64,000 nucleotides of DNA from Vitrella brassicaformis CCMP3155 (taxonomy: Eukaryota > Protista > Chromerida), in assembly GCA_001179505.1 (NCBI GenBank), contig CDMY01000284.1, positions 1-64,000 of the forward strand. The letters are read 5' to 3'. The notes under the pieces are model-generated. The model was not told the origin of the DNA. It saw only the letters and a program-made list of their open reading frames with translations, and searched no databases. The translations under genes and the position numbers were made by a program. The stretch's first letter is position 1, and every line of letters starts with the position of its first letter. This document shows positions 50,182 to 63,058 of the stretch, piece by piece.

Positions 50182-52422
50182 ATGGCGTCGAAGAAGGACA
50201 AGGACTATTTCGCCGAGAGTGACCCGTCCGACAGGCTGCTCAAGTCATTCTTCCAGAGTGAGCGAAGAGGGCTGGCTGTCTCATGGGGCGGGGAGAGGGG
50301 GAGGGAGGGAGGCCAGCGGTGCGGTGCACGAATCGAATGCACGTGCACACGCGCTGCTTTGTCACTGTTGTTTGTGTGCTGCAGAACATTTTTGCCAGGG
50401 CCTCTTTTGGGGCAAGGTGATCTATAAGGTCAGCAAAGCCCTACCGTCTCTTTGCCCGAATGGTGTTCGTCCAGGCGTCACATATGTGCTGTGTGAAATG
50501 TGTGTATGTTAGGAGAACGTGGTTCCCGCGAGCCGCGGCAGGGCGGTCAGCTGACAGACCCAATTCGTCACGAAACAGAGAACTGCGCACCTTTTGTTTT
50601 CTTTGTTGTGCGTTGGTTGACATTCTCTTTGCTTAGGGGAGTCCTCAGCTGCGTTACTTCGCCGTGTACACTGATAACGATTCGGAGCACCTCACGAAGA
50701 AAGAAGTCGAGTACGTATATATTGAAACACCTGGAAAGACCCTTCGCACCGCACCACCGCTTTGCATTGACTTGGTGTGTCATGTGTGCGATGCATGCAG
50801 GCTGTTGGTGTCGAGTACGGAGGGCTTTCCCGAGATGCAGCACCAGCGCGCCCTCAACAAGCTCGAGAAGGAACACATCAAGGAGAAGAAACAGGAAATC
50901 GACCCCAAGCAGGACCAGGACAGCCCCGACCACCCCCACCGCCGCCCCCGCGCCCCCCCTCGTGGCCAGAAGAGACAAGACACACCTCCTGCTGCTGCGG
51001 CTGCGGCTGCGGCTGCGGCTGCTGCTGCTGCTGGCGGTTCCCCGGTTCGGCGTGTCGTGCACAGCAGCAGAGACCCTGACGATGAGCCGCTGGACGCCCT
51101 CCGCAACATCAAGAAGAACGAGAGGGAGAAGCGCACCCGATGCAGCCCCCGACAGACCGCATCCCGCGAGCAGCAGGGCAACCCTCTGAGCAAGAAGAAG
51201 TGTCCCATCGCCCCCGTCCCCCTCCTAGCATTCAGCGATGGACGTCCATACTACGGGCCCCCCATGTTCGACCGCAGCGGTGAGGAGATGGTCAGTGAGG
51301 AGGACGAGAACCTCGAGACCGAGGGGACCAACCCCAAGCCGCCGTCGTTCATCCGCGGCGCTGCGGCCCACCCTCTGCTGGAGCCGGGAGAGGCGGCGGC
51401 TGCTGCTGCCGGGGTGGCGTCTGGGGGTGGTGCTGGTGGGAAGGGGGCCGGTGTGGGGATGTATCGCGTGGGGCGCATGGCCATGGACGGCCTGGATGAG
51501 AAGGAGGAGCAGAGGCAGGGGAGGGACCAGGGTGATGGTCTGCGTGAGAAGGAGGCAGGTGCTGGTGCTGGTGCTGGTGCTGGTGGTGGTGGTGGTGCTG
51601 TGTTAGAGGGGCTATTGGGCGGTGGGTGCGGTCAGCAGGGGCAGGAGGGTGAGCGGTCGACCAGTCAGGTCCAACGGATGCCGGCGGCGGCGGCTGCACC
51701 AGCAGTTGCGGTTGGTGCCAACCGACACGCCAATCGCACGCAGGCAAACAACACCGACGGAGACAAAGCTACCCGACTCAATGTAAGTAACCAGCCCAAC
51801 AACAAGAAGCGATGGATGCATGGATCGATGGATGGGAATGTTGTTCTTGTGTGTTGTGTTGTTGGGTCGGTGCTTCAGGCTGCTGAGATGACTGTAGAAG
51901 ATATCAATCGCTTTGTCGAGTACTGACTTGAACATGCGTGGCTGGAGGGAGAGAGGGAACTAACGGACCTGCTCGCAATATGGATGGATGGATGTGTGCA
52001 TTCAGGGCCAATGGTGGCAGCGGGCTGTCAGGGGACTTCTGGACCGTCGAAGCCCTCATCAACATGCCCGTCGAGCAGGTACGTCCACTGCACGCAGAAC
52101 GACAAACGCCATCACGCGCTGTCTGCCACGTCTCTCTGTCGCCTCTTGCTTGTGTCAGCTGCTGAACGTCTTCAAGAGCACGGCGGCCAAGCAGGTGTCA
52201 GCCGAGGACACGCCAGCGAGCGGCTCGTCGGTGGTGCCCCACGGCAACGGCCACGTCGACCGCATTCTCTTCGAAGCGGTGCATTTCCTCCGCACCCAAC
52301 TCGACTCGCGCCGCAAGATCATGGCTGCTGCCGCCGCCAAGGAGATGGAGGGGGAGAGGGAGAGGGCCCAGCTGCAGGCACAGGCCGCACAGCAGCGCTC
52401 GCACACACAGACCACAGACTGA
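50182..52422 (+). CDS. Hypothetical protein with an N-terminal Tudor-like domain, low-complexity middle and possible SAM-like C-terminal domain
   Basis: Spliced N-terminus KHFCQGLFWGKVIYK...RYFAVYTDNDSEHLTKKEVERLL fits a Tudor-like F..G.V...Y.v.YxDxDxE.l pattern. Poly-Ala/Gly linker, then EMTVEDINRFVE...DFWTVEALINMPVEQLLNVF. Confidence 0.6.
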
Positions 52423-52666
52423 CTAACTATACGGGTGGAGGGAGGGTGTGGTAAGTTCGGCTGCTTTCATGACGAAGAGCGTATGCATGTGTGGGGTTTG
52501 GTTTGCTGTAGGAAGGAAAGGAAGATTCACACAATGAATGGATGTCTCTGACCCCCTCCCTCCCTCCCTGTCTCGGCTGTCTGCCTGCCTGCCTGTGTGG
52601 ATGTTACGCGGGTTGTCTGACTGAGTCCAACCAATTACACACACATGGCCAGGCCGCCACCTGTCC

Positions 52667-52697
<31 letters not shown>

Positions 52698-53095
52698 GTA
52701 TGTCATAGTCTGTCTTCATGTCTGTGTGTGTGTTGACGCGCGGGACCTTCAGTCAGTCGCAATGAATGAGACCGACAATGCTCACATACATGATGGAGAC
52801 GATTGATTGCGTTTTTGCTAACAACGTCATGCCACTCACTCAGCGTCACGTCACATCGAGCCTTGCGCACCAATGACCGGCTGGCTCCTGGAGCACATCA
52901 CATGTGCCCCGGCCGCGGGTCGCCCCTGCCTTGGCGCGCCATGCGTCGGTGGAAGGCGGACGCGCAACATGAAAACACAAGAAAACCAAGTCAGTCACAT
53001 TTGTCGGCATCATCGGCCGCAATGCAATGGCAGCTGCTACTCAATTCTACACACCTCCCCTCCCTCAGCCATTCTGTCCGCTAATTGGTCACCAG

Positions 53096-54585
53096 CTAGC
53101 TGCCGGCGAGGCTCTGGTGCATCCACTCGTCGAAGAAGCACCTGCCGTTGGGCGTATGAGGCCCATTGAGGAAGGGGTTGTTCGCGGCCTGGGTCTCGTT
53201 GGTGGCGAACACCCGCAGGGCCTCGAAGTGGGAGTTGAGAGTGGCGGGCGTCTTCTTCAGGTACTCGAGGGAGACGAAACGGATGCCGGACGCACGGCCC
53301 TGACGAACCAACGAACACCATTGCAACATCGATCACGGCTGTGTGAATGTGTGTTATGTGCCAACCCCTCCCCGCCCCGCCCCGCCCCATCCTCCCTCCC
53401 TCACCCGTTGGAAGAAGTCCCTGAACTCCTCGCCTATCCACGGCCGTGCCTTGTCGCTGAGCTGACGGGGGGTGCCATGCAGATACACGGCAAACGACCC
53501 CGACACCTGCACCGCAGCGCAGACGGAGACACGCTACTCAGTAAGTAGCTGTGTACATGAACTTGCCTGTGTGTGTTGCTTTCTTACGTGTTGCCTGAGG
53601 GTCTCCAGCTCCTTGCTGGTGAGGGGGAAGACCCCCCGGGTGTTGAGACCCGCATCGACGAAGTGGACGGCATCCACACGACTCCAGAAGTCTCCCCTCC
53701 CACCCTCACGCATCAACGCATTCAACACCACACCACCTGACACACACGTACCACACACACACACACACACACACACAGAGCACATCAATCCACACGCCAC
53801 TCTGCTACCTCTCCCCAGCACGCTCACCTTTGCTGAACCCCACTAGAGTCATGGGCCGTGCGGCGAGCGCCATATCATCACCATTCATATCATCATGACG
53901 GCTCGCGAGCCCATCCCCATCGCAGCAGTCCCTCAGTGGCACGCACTGCGTACCCCACGCACCATTCTCGTCATCGTTTCGCGAGCAGGAGGACCCCGCA
54001 CAAGAGAAGGAAGGGGTGGCTGGGGTCCGGATGTGCCTGTCGAGGTTGGCCAGGAGCCGCTGCAGGTGCGTGACGGCTGAGTGATTAGGGGGCTGTGTGG
54101 TGGGGCTGCCTGTGTGGTCAACGGGGAGAAAGTTACTGTAGACGGCAAACATGTCGTTGAACGACTGGGCGCGGACCACCACCTGATCGATCCGATCATC
54201 GGCAGGCAAACATGTATGACAGACAGTACACGGCACGTGTGGCTGGGCTGGCTGGCGCAGTCAATCCTTCCCTTCGTCACTCACCAGATGGTCATCTGGC
54301 TGGAATCGCTGCGCCACGACCCACGCGAGCGCCTCTATGCTGTACGGCCCCATCCTACAGCTCCCAGCGAAGTCTGATATGTCACCCTGACACACACACA
54401 CACACAGACGCAGATGCATTCAGGAGTGTCCGCATCCCATAACGACTGTGCGGCTGGCTTACTGGGAAGAAGAGGACACATTTGGAGCTCGGCTTTGGCC
54501 TGGCGACAGGCGGCTTGTACAGCAGCCAGTTCTGCAGACCAGGCAGCCTGACAGAGAGCAGGGCGGCGAGTGGCTGAAGAGGCAT
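53096..54585 (-). CDS. C2orf69: C2orf69 (UPF0565) family protein
   Basis: VLFFP|GDISDF, FAVYSNFLPVDHTGSP...AVTHLQRLLANL, TLVGFSKG|GVVLNAL, VHFVDAG, HGTPRQLSDKARPWIGEEF..F and SHFEALRVF follow the family motif order. Confidence 0.8.
53750..53778. repeat. (CA)n microsatellite, representative of many intronic CA/GT, GACA and GATG repeats
   Basis: A direct run of ca units; similar runs occur near 26107, 43085, 52675 and 55540. Confidence 0.9.
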
Positions 54586-54937
54586 GCATGAGCCTCTTGT
54601 TTCTCCCTGTCTGTCGATGTGCCGGTAAGCCTACCCTTCCACCTGGAAGACGCCAAAGGTGAGGACCATTTTGTCCTCCTTGAGAGGATCAATGCCGATG
54701 CGTCTTCTCAGTATCGGCAGCGTGATGGGCGCTCCATGGCGCCACGCGTGGGCCACATTGAATGCCAAAAGGATCAGAAGGAGAAAGGGAGAAAAGGACA
54801 TCACCGCTTAGCTCGCAGCTCCCCTCGAGCTCGCGCCAAAAAGAGGAGTCGCAAAACGCGCCGCAGAGACGGTGACGAGCAGTCCTTAGCTCAGCCTACG
54901 CATCCTCGCTTCAAGGGCTCTGTTTTGCAAAGGCAGG

Positions 54938-55379
54938 ATGAGGCCTTTTCTGCGGCTGAAGGAGGAGGCCGGTGATGAGATTGTCGCCTTCTTCCGGGTG
55001 GGCCGAAGCTTCTATGTGTTCGTTATGGGCGTCGTCCTCATCATACTCTCAATTATCTTGATGGTCCGCTCAAGCCTCATGAATGCACTACGAGTGAGCG
55101 CCCGGATGTCTCTCTGTTTGTCCCGATCGTGTGTCGTGTGTGTGCAGGCCGCCACATTTGAGAGCAAGGAGGCCAAGGCAGCCGCCCCAGGATGGGAAAG
55201 ATTCGTCGCGGTAAGGATGACATGACACACCCAATTTATGGAATAGGCCACCTATATTTGTGCCGCGTGTGTAGGCGACGGGGTCCAATCAGTGGGTGTC
55301 GAGCAGTCTGTTTCTGAGCTGCGGCTGCGTTGTGATGGCCATCAACTACCTGCCTAGACTTGCGGGCGAGGCTGCGTGA
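54938..55379 (+). CDS. Small hypothetical membrane protein (about 97 aa, two hydrophobic segments)
   Basis: Three exons with GT-AG junctions: MRPFLRLKEEAGDEIVAFFRVGRSFYVFVMGVVLIILSIILM / AATFESKEAKAAAPGWERFVA / ATGSNQWVSSSLFLSCGCVVMAINYLPRLAGEAA*. Confidence 0.55.
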
Positions 55380-56478
55380 CAGTACAGTGTGGGCATATCG
55401 ACAGGCGTTGAGGTCATACAGGGGGATGTCTGTCTGTTTCAGTGATTGTATAAAGACGTTTGCCCACACACAACACTGACTGTCAGGGCAGGGGTGCACA
55501 CACGGGCCCCGTGAGGGGCTGTAAAAGAGTCCCCCCCGACACACACACACACACACACACACGTACACAGACAGATACACAGGTACGCACGGACACTGTG
55601 CCTGAGTTACGTATGGCTTGTGCTCCCTCCTCTCCTTCCTTTCTCCGCACCCTTCGGGCGTGGCGTGCCAATGCAGTGCATCTGGACAACACAACACGTC
55701 CACCCCCATCACATCCATCAACCACTCCATGAAACGGCACCTATGCCATGGATGCATATACGCTTGCCTGTCTTGCCTGTCTTCAGATAGCATCAGCCAG
55801 CCAGCCGACCAGCCGATAGCTTAGCTTGTGATACAGAGGCCTGACAAGCCTTTGTTCCACGCCCAGATGTATGTATGTTATGTACCGAGGTATGCAAATC
55901 TGTCTCGTGCGGAGCGCACATCCGTCAATCAGTCATTGGTCGCTCTCACCCACTCCACTCACTCTCTCTCACTTCCCCTCACCCACCCGTCCCCAGTCAG
56001 TCCCTCTGGTGCTCGCTCTCATCGCCCTGGCCTCTTCTCTTCTCTCTTGCTCACACATTCTACATACCAGAATTGGTGCGTGACTTCGTGACGGAGTCAC
56101 AGAAAAATGGACAGCAACACGGCACAGCCAGCAGCCGGACAGACAGACAGGCAGACAGACAGGCAGGCAGCGAGCATTTCGGCATTCATTCACCAGACTC
56201 ACACACAGACGCACACCACTCCACGCAGCTGTCTGTCCGTCTGTGTGGCTCCATCCATCCATCCGTCAGCCACGCGCACAGGGCGACAACTAGACGTACA
56301 CTCAGAGACGACAAGACACACGCATCCAGCCGCTCCCCCCACCCCCTCCCCTCCATGGAAAAGGAAAAAATACAGTGTCGAAACAAACACACAGCCCGAC
56401 GACACACAAGAGAAAAACATGGTCCTTCCGGCCATCAGGGGACCTTCATCACTCCTCAACTCAACTTTTCCTGTTCAA

Positions 56479-58556
56479 TCACTCCCTGTCTTGGTGTGGC
56501 GTGTGTGTGGCGGGTGTGGGCGGGGCGGGGGCGGCAGCAGGCTTCTTGTGGAAGCGCCTGAACTGAGGTGGCAGCTTGGAGACGATCCCCGTGCCGCCAG
56601 AGTGGGAGTCGTTGTCATCGTTGTCATCCTCCTGCCGCTGCTGCTGAGTGGAGTTGTGCATGGCCTCCTTGGTGTACGTCCTCTCGGGCGTGGCTGTGGG
56701 AGTGGGTGAGGGTGTGTCCTCAGGGGCACTGCTGGTGACGCTGGCAGCAGCATCGCGTCGCGACGCCCTCTCCAGCACACGACTAACATACCCAGGAGCC
56801 ATGCCATCGTACTGCACCAACTCTGATGAGACAAACAGAAAGCACACCAAGGTATCAGCAACATCCCCCCTATCACCTGCTTCTGATAGTGTTCGTTCCG
56901 TACCTTCTCCGTCCAGCAGAGCGGTCAGCGGATGTACAGCGCCGCCCTCTCCGGCAGGCACCTCCTCAACTGCACTACCGGTGTCGGCGGCCGGCTGTGG
57001 CTGTGGGTCAGTTGGTGTGGGGAAATTGAGGACAGGGTTGCCCTGGAGGACCCTGTTGACGTCGACCAGGGTCCAAGGCCCCGCTTGCTGCATCTGCATG
57101 TGTGTGACCAGCTCATACAGGCTGGGGGAGCGGGACGGAGCCTGCGGACGATCCACCTCACCGAACTGACTCCTATACGACACACACAGACAACCAAGAG
57201 GCAGTGTGTTGTGAGGTTTGTGTGTGCTTTGCATGGGCAGCTGGCCTTACGTGTCGGCCTTTTTGAGCGGCATTTCGAATCTGAGGACGTGCAGGTGGTG
57301 GCTGTGGTGGTTGGGGGGCACCTTGATGGTCTCCTGCCTCCTGTCGTCGAAGTTCATCTGGAACTTCTGCAACGTTCCCACGACAACGTCCATCTGCACA
57401 ACCGCGCCCTTACGCTGCACACCCTGCACACACACACACACACACAGACAGACAGACAGACAGACGACACAACAACCGATGAGTGATGGATGTGAGGAGA
57501 AGAGGACAGGCGGGGCTGTGGTTCCCGCGTACATCGATGTGGTCGAAGGTGATCGGTTTGTCGCCCGCCTTGCCGACGACAAACTGGCCCCACCAGGGCA
57601 GCAGCGTCTCGCCCTCACCCAACTGATCGCCCCTGTGGGCACCTGCACACGCACACACAGACACATGCGTGTGGAAGAGAACAGCCGTGCACCCTCCGCA
57701 GCTGCGGTGTTGAATCAATCGCTGATCTACCGAGTATGACTCTAAGGCTGTCGAGCTGCGCGTACTGCGGGCTGACATCGATGTTGACCTTGCACTTGGC
57801 GGCCTCCAACGCCTCCATGGCCTTGCCCCAGTGCTCGATCAGCCGGCCGTCGCACACGTCCTCCAACTCTCGCAAACCGTCACGGCCTTCAGAAAGCTGC
57901 ACTCACCCAACAGGCAACCGAACACTGAGTGGCAATGCCCACTGCGTCCTCTACCTCTGTCTGTCTGTTTGTCTGTCTGTCTTTATGTGTTGTCAGTTGA
58001 TGCGATGCCTCCCACTCACCTTTTCGGCGACGAACTGGAGTGCCTGGACGGCTCCCATACCGCTCTCGCGGAAGAACTCACGGCGGCCAAAGAACTCACG
58101 ACACCCAAGGCCAAGCATCAAGCGCGCAACCTGACAGACAGACAATGGAATGCAATGCGCACAGAGAGACAGAGCACAAAGTGACTCACTCGTGCACTCA
58201 ACCCACCCCACACAGCTCCCTCACGGCACGGCAGCCGCTTCGCTTACAAATGAGTTTTGCCGCCTGACATAGCTCATGGGATAGTACTTCTGCGAAACAC
58301 CGGCCAGAGGCAAACCGCCGACGAGGGCCGAGAGATCGACTCGGTTGTCCTCGGCTGCCTTCACCCCGCCCTCCCCGACGGCCTCGACATTCTTCGGACT
58401 GTGCGTGGTGTCGGCATCGCTCTGCGACGGTGTGCTGAAGGCGCGTTCAGCCCTCCTGCCCACGAGAGTGGTGATCCTAGTCACCACAGGCGCCAGGCTC
58501 TGCGCCGAGGTCGGACGGATGCCTCGGGAGGCGACACGAAGGGCGCGACTGTGCAT
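56479..58556 (-). CDS. Mitochondrion-targeted hypothetical protein, possibly Tim44/MAIP1-like
   Basis: Arg-rich amphipathic leader MHSRALRVASRGIRPTS...RRAERAFST. Exons REFFRESGMGAVQALQFV, VVQMDVVVGTLQKF, HVLRFE and WTLVDVNRVLQGN resemble a Tim44-like fold ending. Family assignment is tentative. Confidence 0.55.
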
Positions 58557-58868
58557 TGCTGGCTGGTGCCAAAGGAAGGAGCTGATTCAGGGCTGGTGGT
58601 ACAGGGCACGTGCTTCAGTGGCTGGGATTTGACGAGCTGCAGTGGGTCGTATCAGACGGCCACTGACTTTGAGCTTGCATGTCTTAGCGCGCAGCCGCGG
58701 GTTGGAAAGAAAGCAGATCTTTGATAGCAGGACATCTGACTCCCACTCCCACCCGGGCAAGTCCCCTCTGCCATTCCCCTCTGCCATTCGCAAGAGAGCT
58801 CGCTCGCGCGGGCAGCGGTCGGCACCACACTCACCCCCACATCCACCAGAAGCGACAGCAGCAGCGAG

Positions 58869-61381
58869 ATGGCAGCCACGTCGGCCGCCTGCACCCGTTC
58901 CGTCGTCTCATCTCCCCCGCAGAGCGACTCAGATATGTCGGCCAGCAGTCGGCGAAGGCAGCGAGGCCACGCGCATCTGAGAGCCTTGGCGTGCTGCCTG
59001 GTGGCCCTCATGTGTCCCGCGTCCGCCTTTCATCCCCGGCCGTCACTGGCATCTCGGGCACGGCGAGGTCAGGGCGGCAGGAGTGTCTCGTCGGGAGGAG
59101 AGGAGCTGAGCATCAACATACTCAGGCGGCAGCCGCCGACTTACGTCGAGGTGGGTGTGTGAGGTGGGGGGAGAGGGAGAGGGACACGCGCATGCAGCTC
59201 TGCTTATCTGGTGCTGTGCAGGGTGGGTGGACCACACTGGATCTGAGCATTTTTGGAGGCGCCAAGGAGGACACCGACACCGTCACGCCCGAGAGGCCCC
59301 TCAGGGTAGGCATGCTCGCATCGCATCGCATCGCATCGCATCGCATCAGCGGATGCTGCAGAGGCTCCCTCGTTCATCTGCTGTGGATGTGGGTGTGACG
59401 CCGTTGGTCAGGTTATCGTGGCAGGAGGTGGCATTGGCGGTCTGACGTTGGCCAACGCGCTCAAGAAGCACGGCATCAACTACGAGGTGTTCGAGAAGAC
59501 GCCCGAGTACCGAGAGTTCGGCGGGCCCATCCAGCTGCAGAGCAACGCACTCGCCGCCCTAGAGGCCATCAATTACGTACGCGCAAACAGCACAGCACAC
59601 AGGGCGAGACATAGATAGGGAGGCTGGCATGGCATGGATCCCATCTGTTGTCTTTCTGCGTCGTGTGTCTTCCATGCCTGCCTGCACACGATAGGTGATG
59701 GCTGAGGAGATCATGGCAGCGGGCACCAAGACAGGCAACCGCATCAACGGCCTCAAACACCCATTCACCAACAAGTAAGTAACCACATCACACCTATACC
59801 TCCCTATACCTCCCTCCCTCACCCATCCCTCCCGTCCCTCCATCTGTGTGTCTGCCCCGCACCCCCACCCTCACCAGATGGATCGCCAAGTTCGACACGG
59901 GCAGCCCCGCAATCCGTTCCGGCCTTCCCCTCACTCGTGTGGTCGACCGACCCGCCCTGCAAGCCACTCTCAAGCATCACCTCGGCCCGGACCACCTGCA
60001 CTTCGGCCGGTCCGTCATCGGCTACGAGATCCTCAAGAACGGCACTGTGGCCATCGATGTGTCGGACGGCACGCGGACGTACGGCGACGTGCTGGTGGGT
60101 GCGGACGGCATCTGGTCGGTGGTGCGGGCCAAGATGATGGGCGAAAAGTGGAGCGACGCCACCAAACCTGGATATGAGACATCGACCTACTCGGGCTTCA
60201 CTGTCTTCACAGGAGTGTGCAAACACAGGTATGCTGTGCTGCAGTTGACATGACAAGAGCACAGGTCGATGGCATGGCAGCCTTGACTGACGTGTGTGTG
60301 TGCATGTTGTGTGTTGATTGCAGGCCTCGTGACGTGAACGAGGTGGCGTACAAGGTGTACCTGAGTGTGGACCAGTACTTCGTGTGCAGCGATGTGGGCC
60401 GGGGCCGCATCCAGTGGTACGCCTTCATCAACCAGCCGCCAGACACCGTCGAACACATGCTGGGGCAGGCCGTCCCATACCTGCTCGAGAGATTCACCGG
60501 CTGGAGCCTCGAGGTGACGGACATCCTGGAGGCGACGCTGGAGGAGAACATTCAGCAGCGGGACCTCTACGACCGGCCCCCCGCCATGCAGGGCTGGAAC
60601 AAGGGGCCCATCACCATCCTCGGCGACGCCGCACATCCCATGATGCCCAACCTCGGCCAGGGCGGATGCCAGGCAATCGAAGACTCTTACCAGCTCGCCA
60701 ACGTGCTCAAGGTGAGACCACAGCACCACTGACAGACAACGTGGTCTCGGCCATTCATTGTCTGTGACTGGGCGTGCCTTGCATCAGAATGTGAAGAAGC
60801 GGTCTCGGCTGCCCTTTGCCCTCGGTGTGTACGGCACCCCCCGTCTGTGGCGGAGTGCTGTGGTGCAGGGTGTGTCCCGGCTGGCGAGTGACGCCCTGTC
60901 GGCGTCGGCGCCGCTCTTCAAGTTCCCGCCCGTCACCATCGGAGTCGGCGCATTCATGTCGTTCGTCTACCTGCCTCTGCTGTTCACATTCCTCTACATG
61001 GTCAGTCAGTCAGCAGACAGAAAGGAGGGGGGGGGGGACCGGTGTGTGCAGCGAATGTGTCAACTGTCCCTGTGTGTCGTGCGGCGTGGCGCGGTGTGTC
61101 AGAACCCTCTTTCCGAGGAGGACCGGAAGACGACCATGCAGCGGATGTCCAACCTTGCCGAATATGAGAAGGGCAAGGTAGGTGACTTACATGAGAAAGC
61201 ACACTCCATGCAGACAACAGAAATCATGTCTGTCTGTGTGTCTGTGTGATGTTCTCGTCAGTCACAGCACGAGTACAAGACGGTCAAGGATGCCGAGAAA
61301 GAGCTCGACAGGAAGGACGCCGTGTGGTCGCGGCTCGACAAAGAGAAGGGACGGTTCGAGGAGAAGCCATGCCCTTTCTAG
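58869..61381 (+). CDS. ZEP: Zeaxanthin epoxidase (FAD-dependent monooxygenase), plastid-targeted
   Basis: RVIVAGGGIGGLTLA, FGGPIQLQSNALAALE, TRVVDRPALQ, GDVLVGADGIWSVVR, YSGFTVFTG, YFVCSDVGRGRIQWYAF, RDLYDRPP and LGDAAHPMMPNLGQGGCQAIED. Leader LACCLVALMCPASA-FHP is ASAFAP-like. Confidence 0.9.
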
Positions 61382-63058
61382 ACAGACAGGATGGATCGAC
61401 CACACACCGGCCTTCCCCTAGTCGCCTGTAGCCCACCGCTGCCCAGCAGCCGGTGCACCGCACTCACTCGCACACTCACTGGTCCATTTGCTCACTATTT
61501 GTGTCGTGGTGTGGAGGGAGCGGGTGAGAGGGCAGAGAGGGATGAAGAGAGTGAGTGTAGTCCGAAAGGCAGCCGGGGGCTGCGTACATGAATCCATACA
61601 TACGAGAGAGTGCACTTACGTCAAGTGCATCGTCCGTGCTGTGCCTAGCTAGCTACCTAGCGCTTCATACTGGTGCTGCGGAGGGAGGGGAGGGGGCAGA
61701 GGAGAAGGGTCGTGCGATGCGATGCGATGCAATGCGACACCAGCCATCACGGGCAGGCAGTGCCATCCGTGATGGCAGTCTGGCTCCATACATACACACG
61801 TACATACACACGTTCGATGCCAGGCAAGCAGGCAGGTGGGGTGTGCTCTCCTTCGTTTTTGTGTTTCGCCACTCACTGCTTACTGATAGATCTGATCTAT
61901 GTATCTCTTTGCTGACTTCTTGACTGACGTGTCGAAGTGAAGTGACTAGTGCATTCGGAACAAAAAGGGAGGCGATCCCTGACAGACAGACAGACAGACA
62001 GACGATGGTACTCCATCGGGGTGTGTGTGTTCATTCCGGAGTGTCCATCCTTGCCGCGGGGGCCCAGCAGTGTCTTGGGAGGGTGGGCGCGTGACATGCT
62101 GGCGCAATCATGAGTCCGGCAGCGAGCCACTGGCTGCTCGCCGCTCGGCTTTTGATTGCGTTGTCAAGGTACGCCTTTTCACCCTCTGGTGACCCAAAGA
62201 GGATGTGAACGGCTAGATAATGAGTGACCCAATTCGACTCCGCTATATATGTGCTGTGTGGGCTCGTCCGTGCCCCCTGTCTACGCTAGCAGTATATACA
62301 CCTCCCTCCGCTGCCTTCCATCCCACGCAAGATGCCGCACCGTACCCTGCCTGCTTTCCCCCAATTTTTCTTTCCTACTCCCTGCCTGCCTGCCTGCCTG
62401 CCTCTGCTTGTCGTGTTGATGGGCTAGCCCTCAGCTAGATTTTCGAGGCATGACTGACTAGCTGGTTATCCGTGTAGTATTGGTCTGAGAAACGAAGAGC
62501 GGGCGACACGCCAGATATGCATTCTGATCGATCATATTTTTCTCTGGCCATCCATCCGCCCGTCCCTCCAATGCCTGCCTCCCTGTGAGCGAAGTTTTTC
62601 TGTCTGGCAGGCTGTCTGTCTGCCTGCCGGCGCGCTGGCCTGGGTGCCTACGAATGCGTCCACAAATGTCCAGGGGGGGATTTTGAGATGGGCACTTGTG
62701 TGTGTGTGTTGAGCGGATCTATTGATCAGCCATGGATCGTTGTGCAGCGAGTGAGAGAGAGAGAGTGCGTGTAGCCACCCGTTGTTTTGTTACTCACTTG
62801 TGCGCGCGGGGGGCGACAGAACGGAGAGAGAGTGAGGGGGAGAGAGAGAGAGAGACAGTGAAGTGGGGCGCAGCGGAAGGACCGACATACACTCACTCGT
62901 GGATTGTGCCTGGATGGATGGATGGAGCACATAGATGCGATGCGTGGACACGTGTGTGTGTGGTGTCGACAAGTAAGGCTCATGGATCAGTGAGTGACAC
63001 AGAGGTATCTATCAGCAGCAGAGCACACAGCAGCGGGGACCCCCCGCCCGCTCATGAA

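Noticed and set aside
30349-54590. TGCATGCA (ApiAP2-type motif) occurrences
   Set aside because: Mostly in introns, where TGCA/CATG words are common; no evident enrichment upstream of genes.
61400-63050. ORFs in the interval between ZEP and the C2 gene
   Set aside because: Dominated by microsatellites (GA, GACA, GATGC, CCTG); the translations are low-complexity and lack splice-consistent structure.
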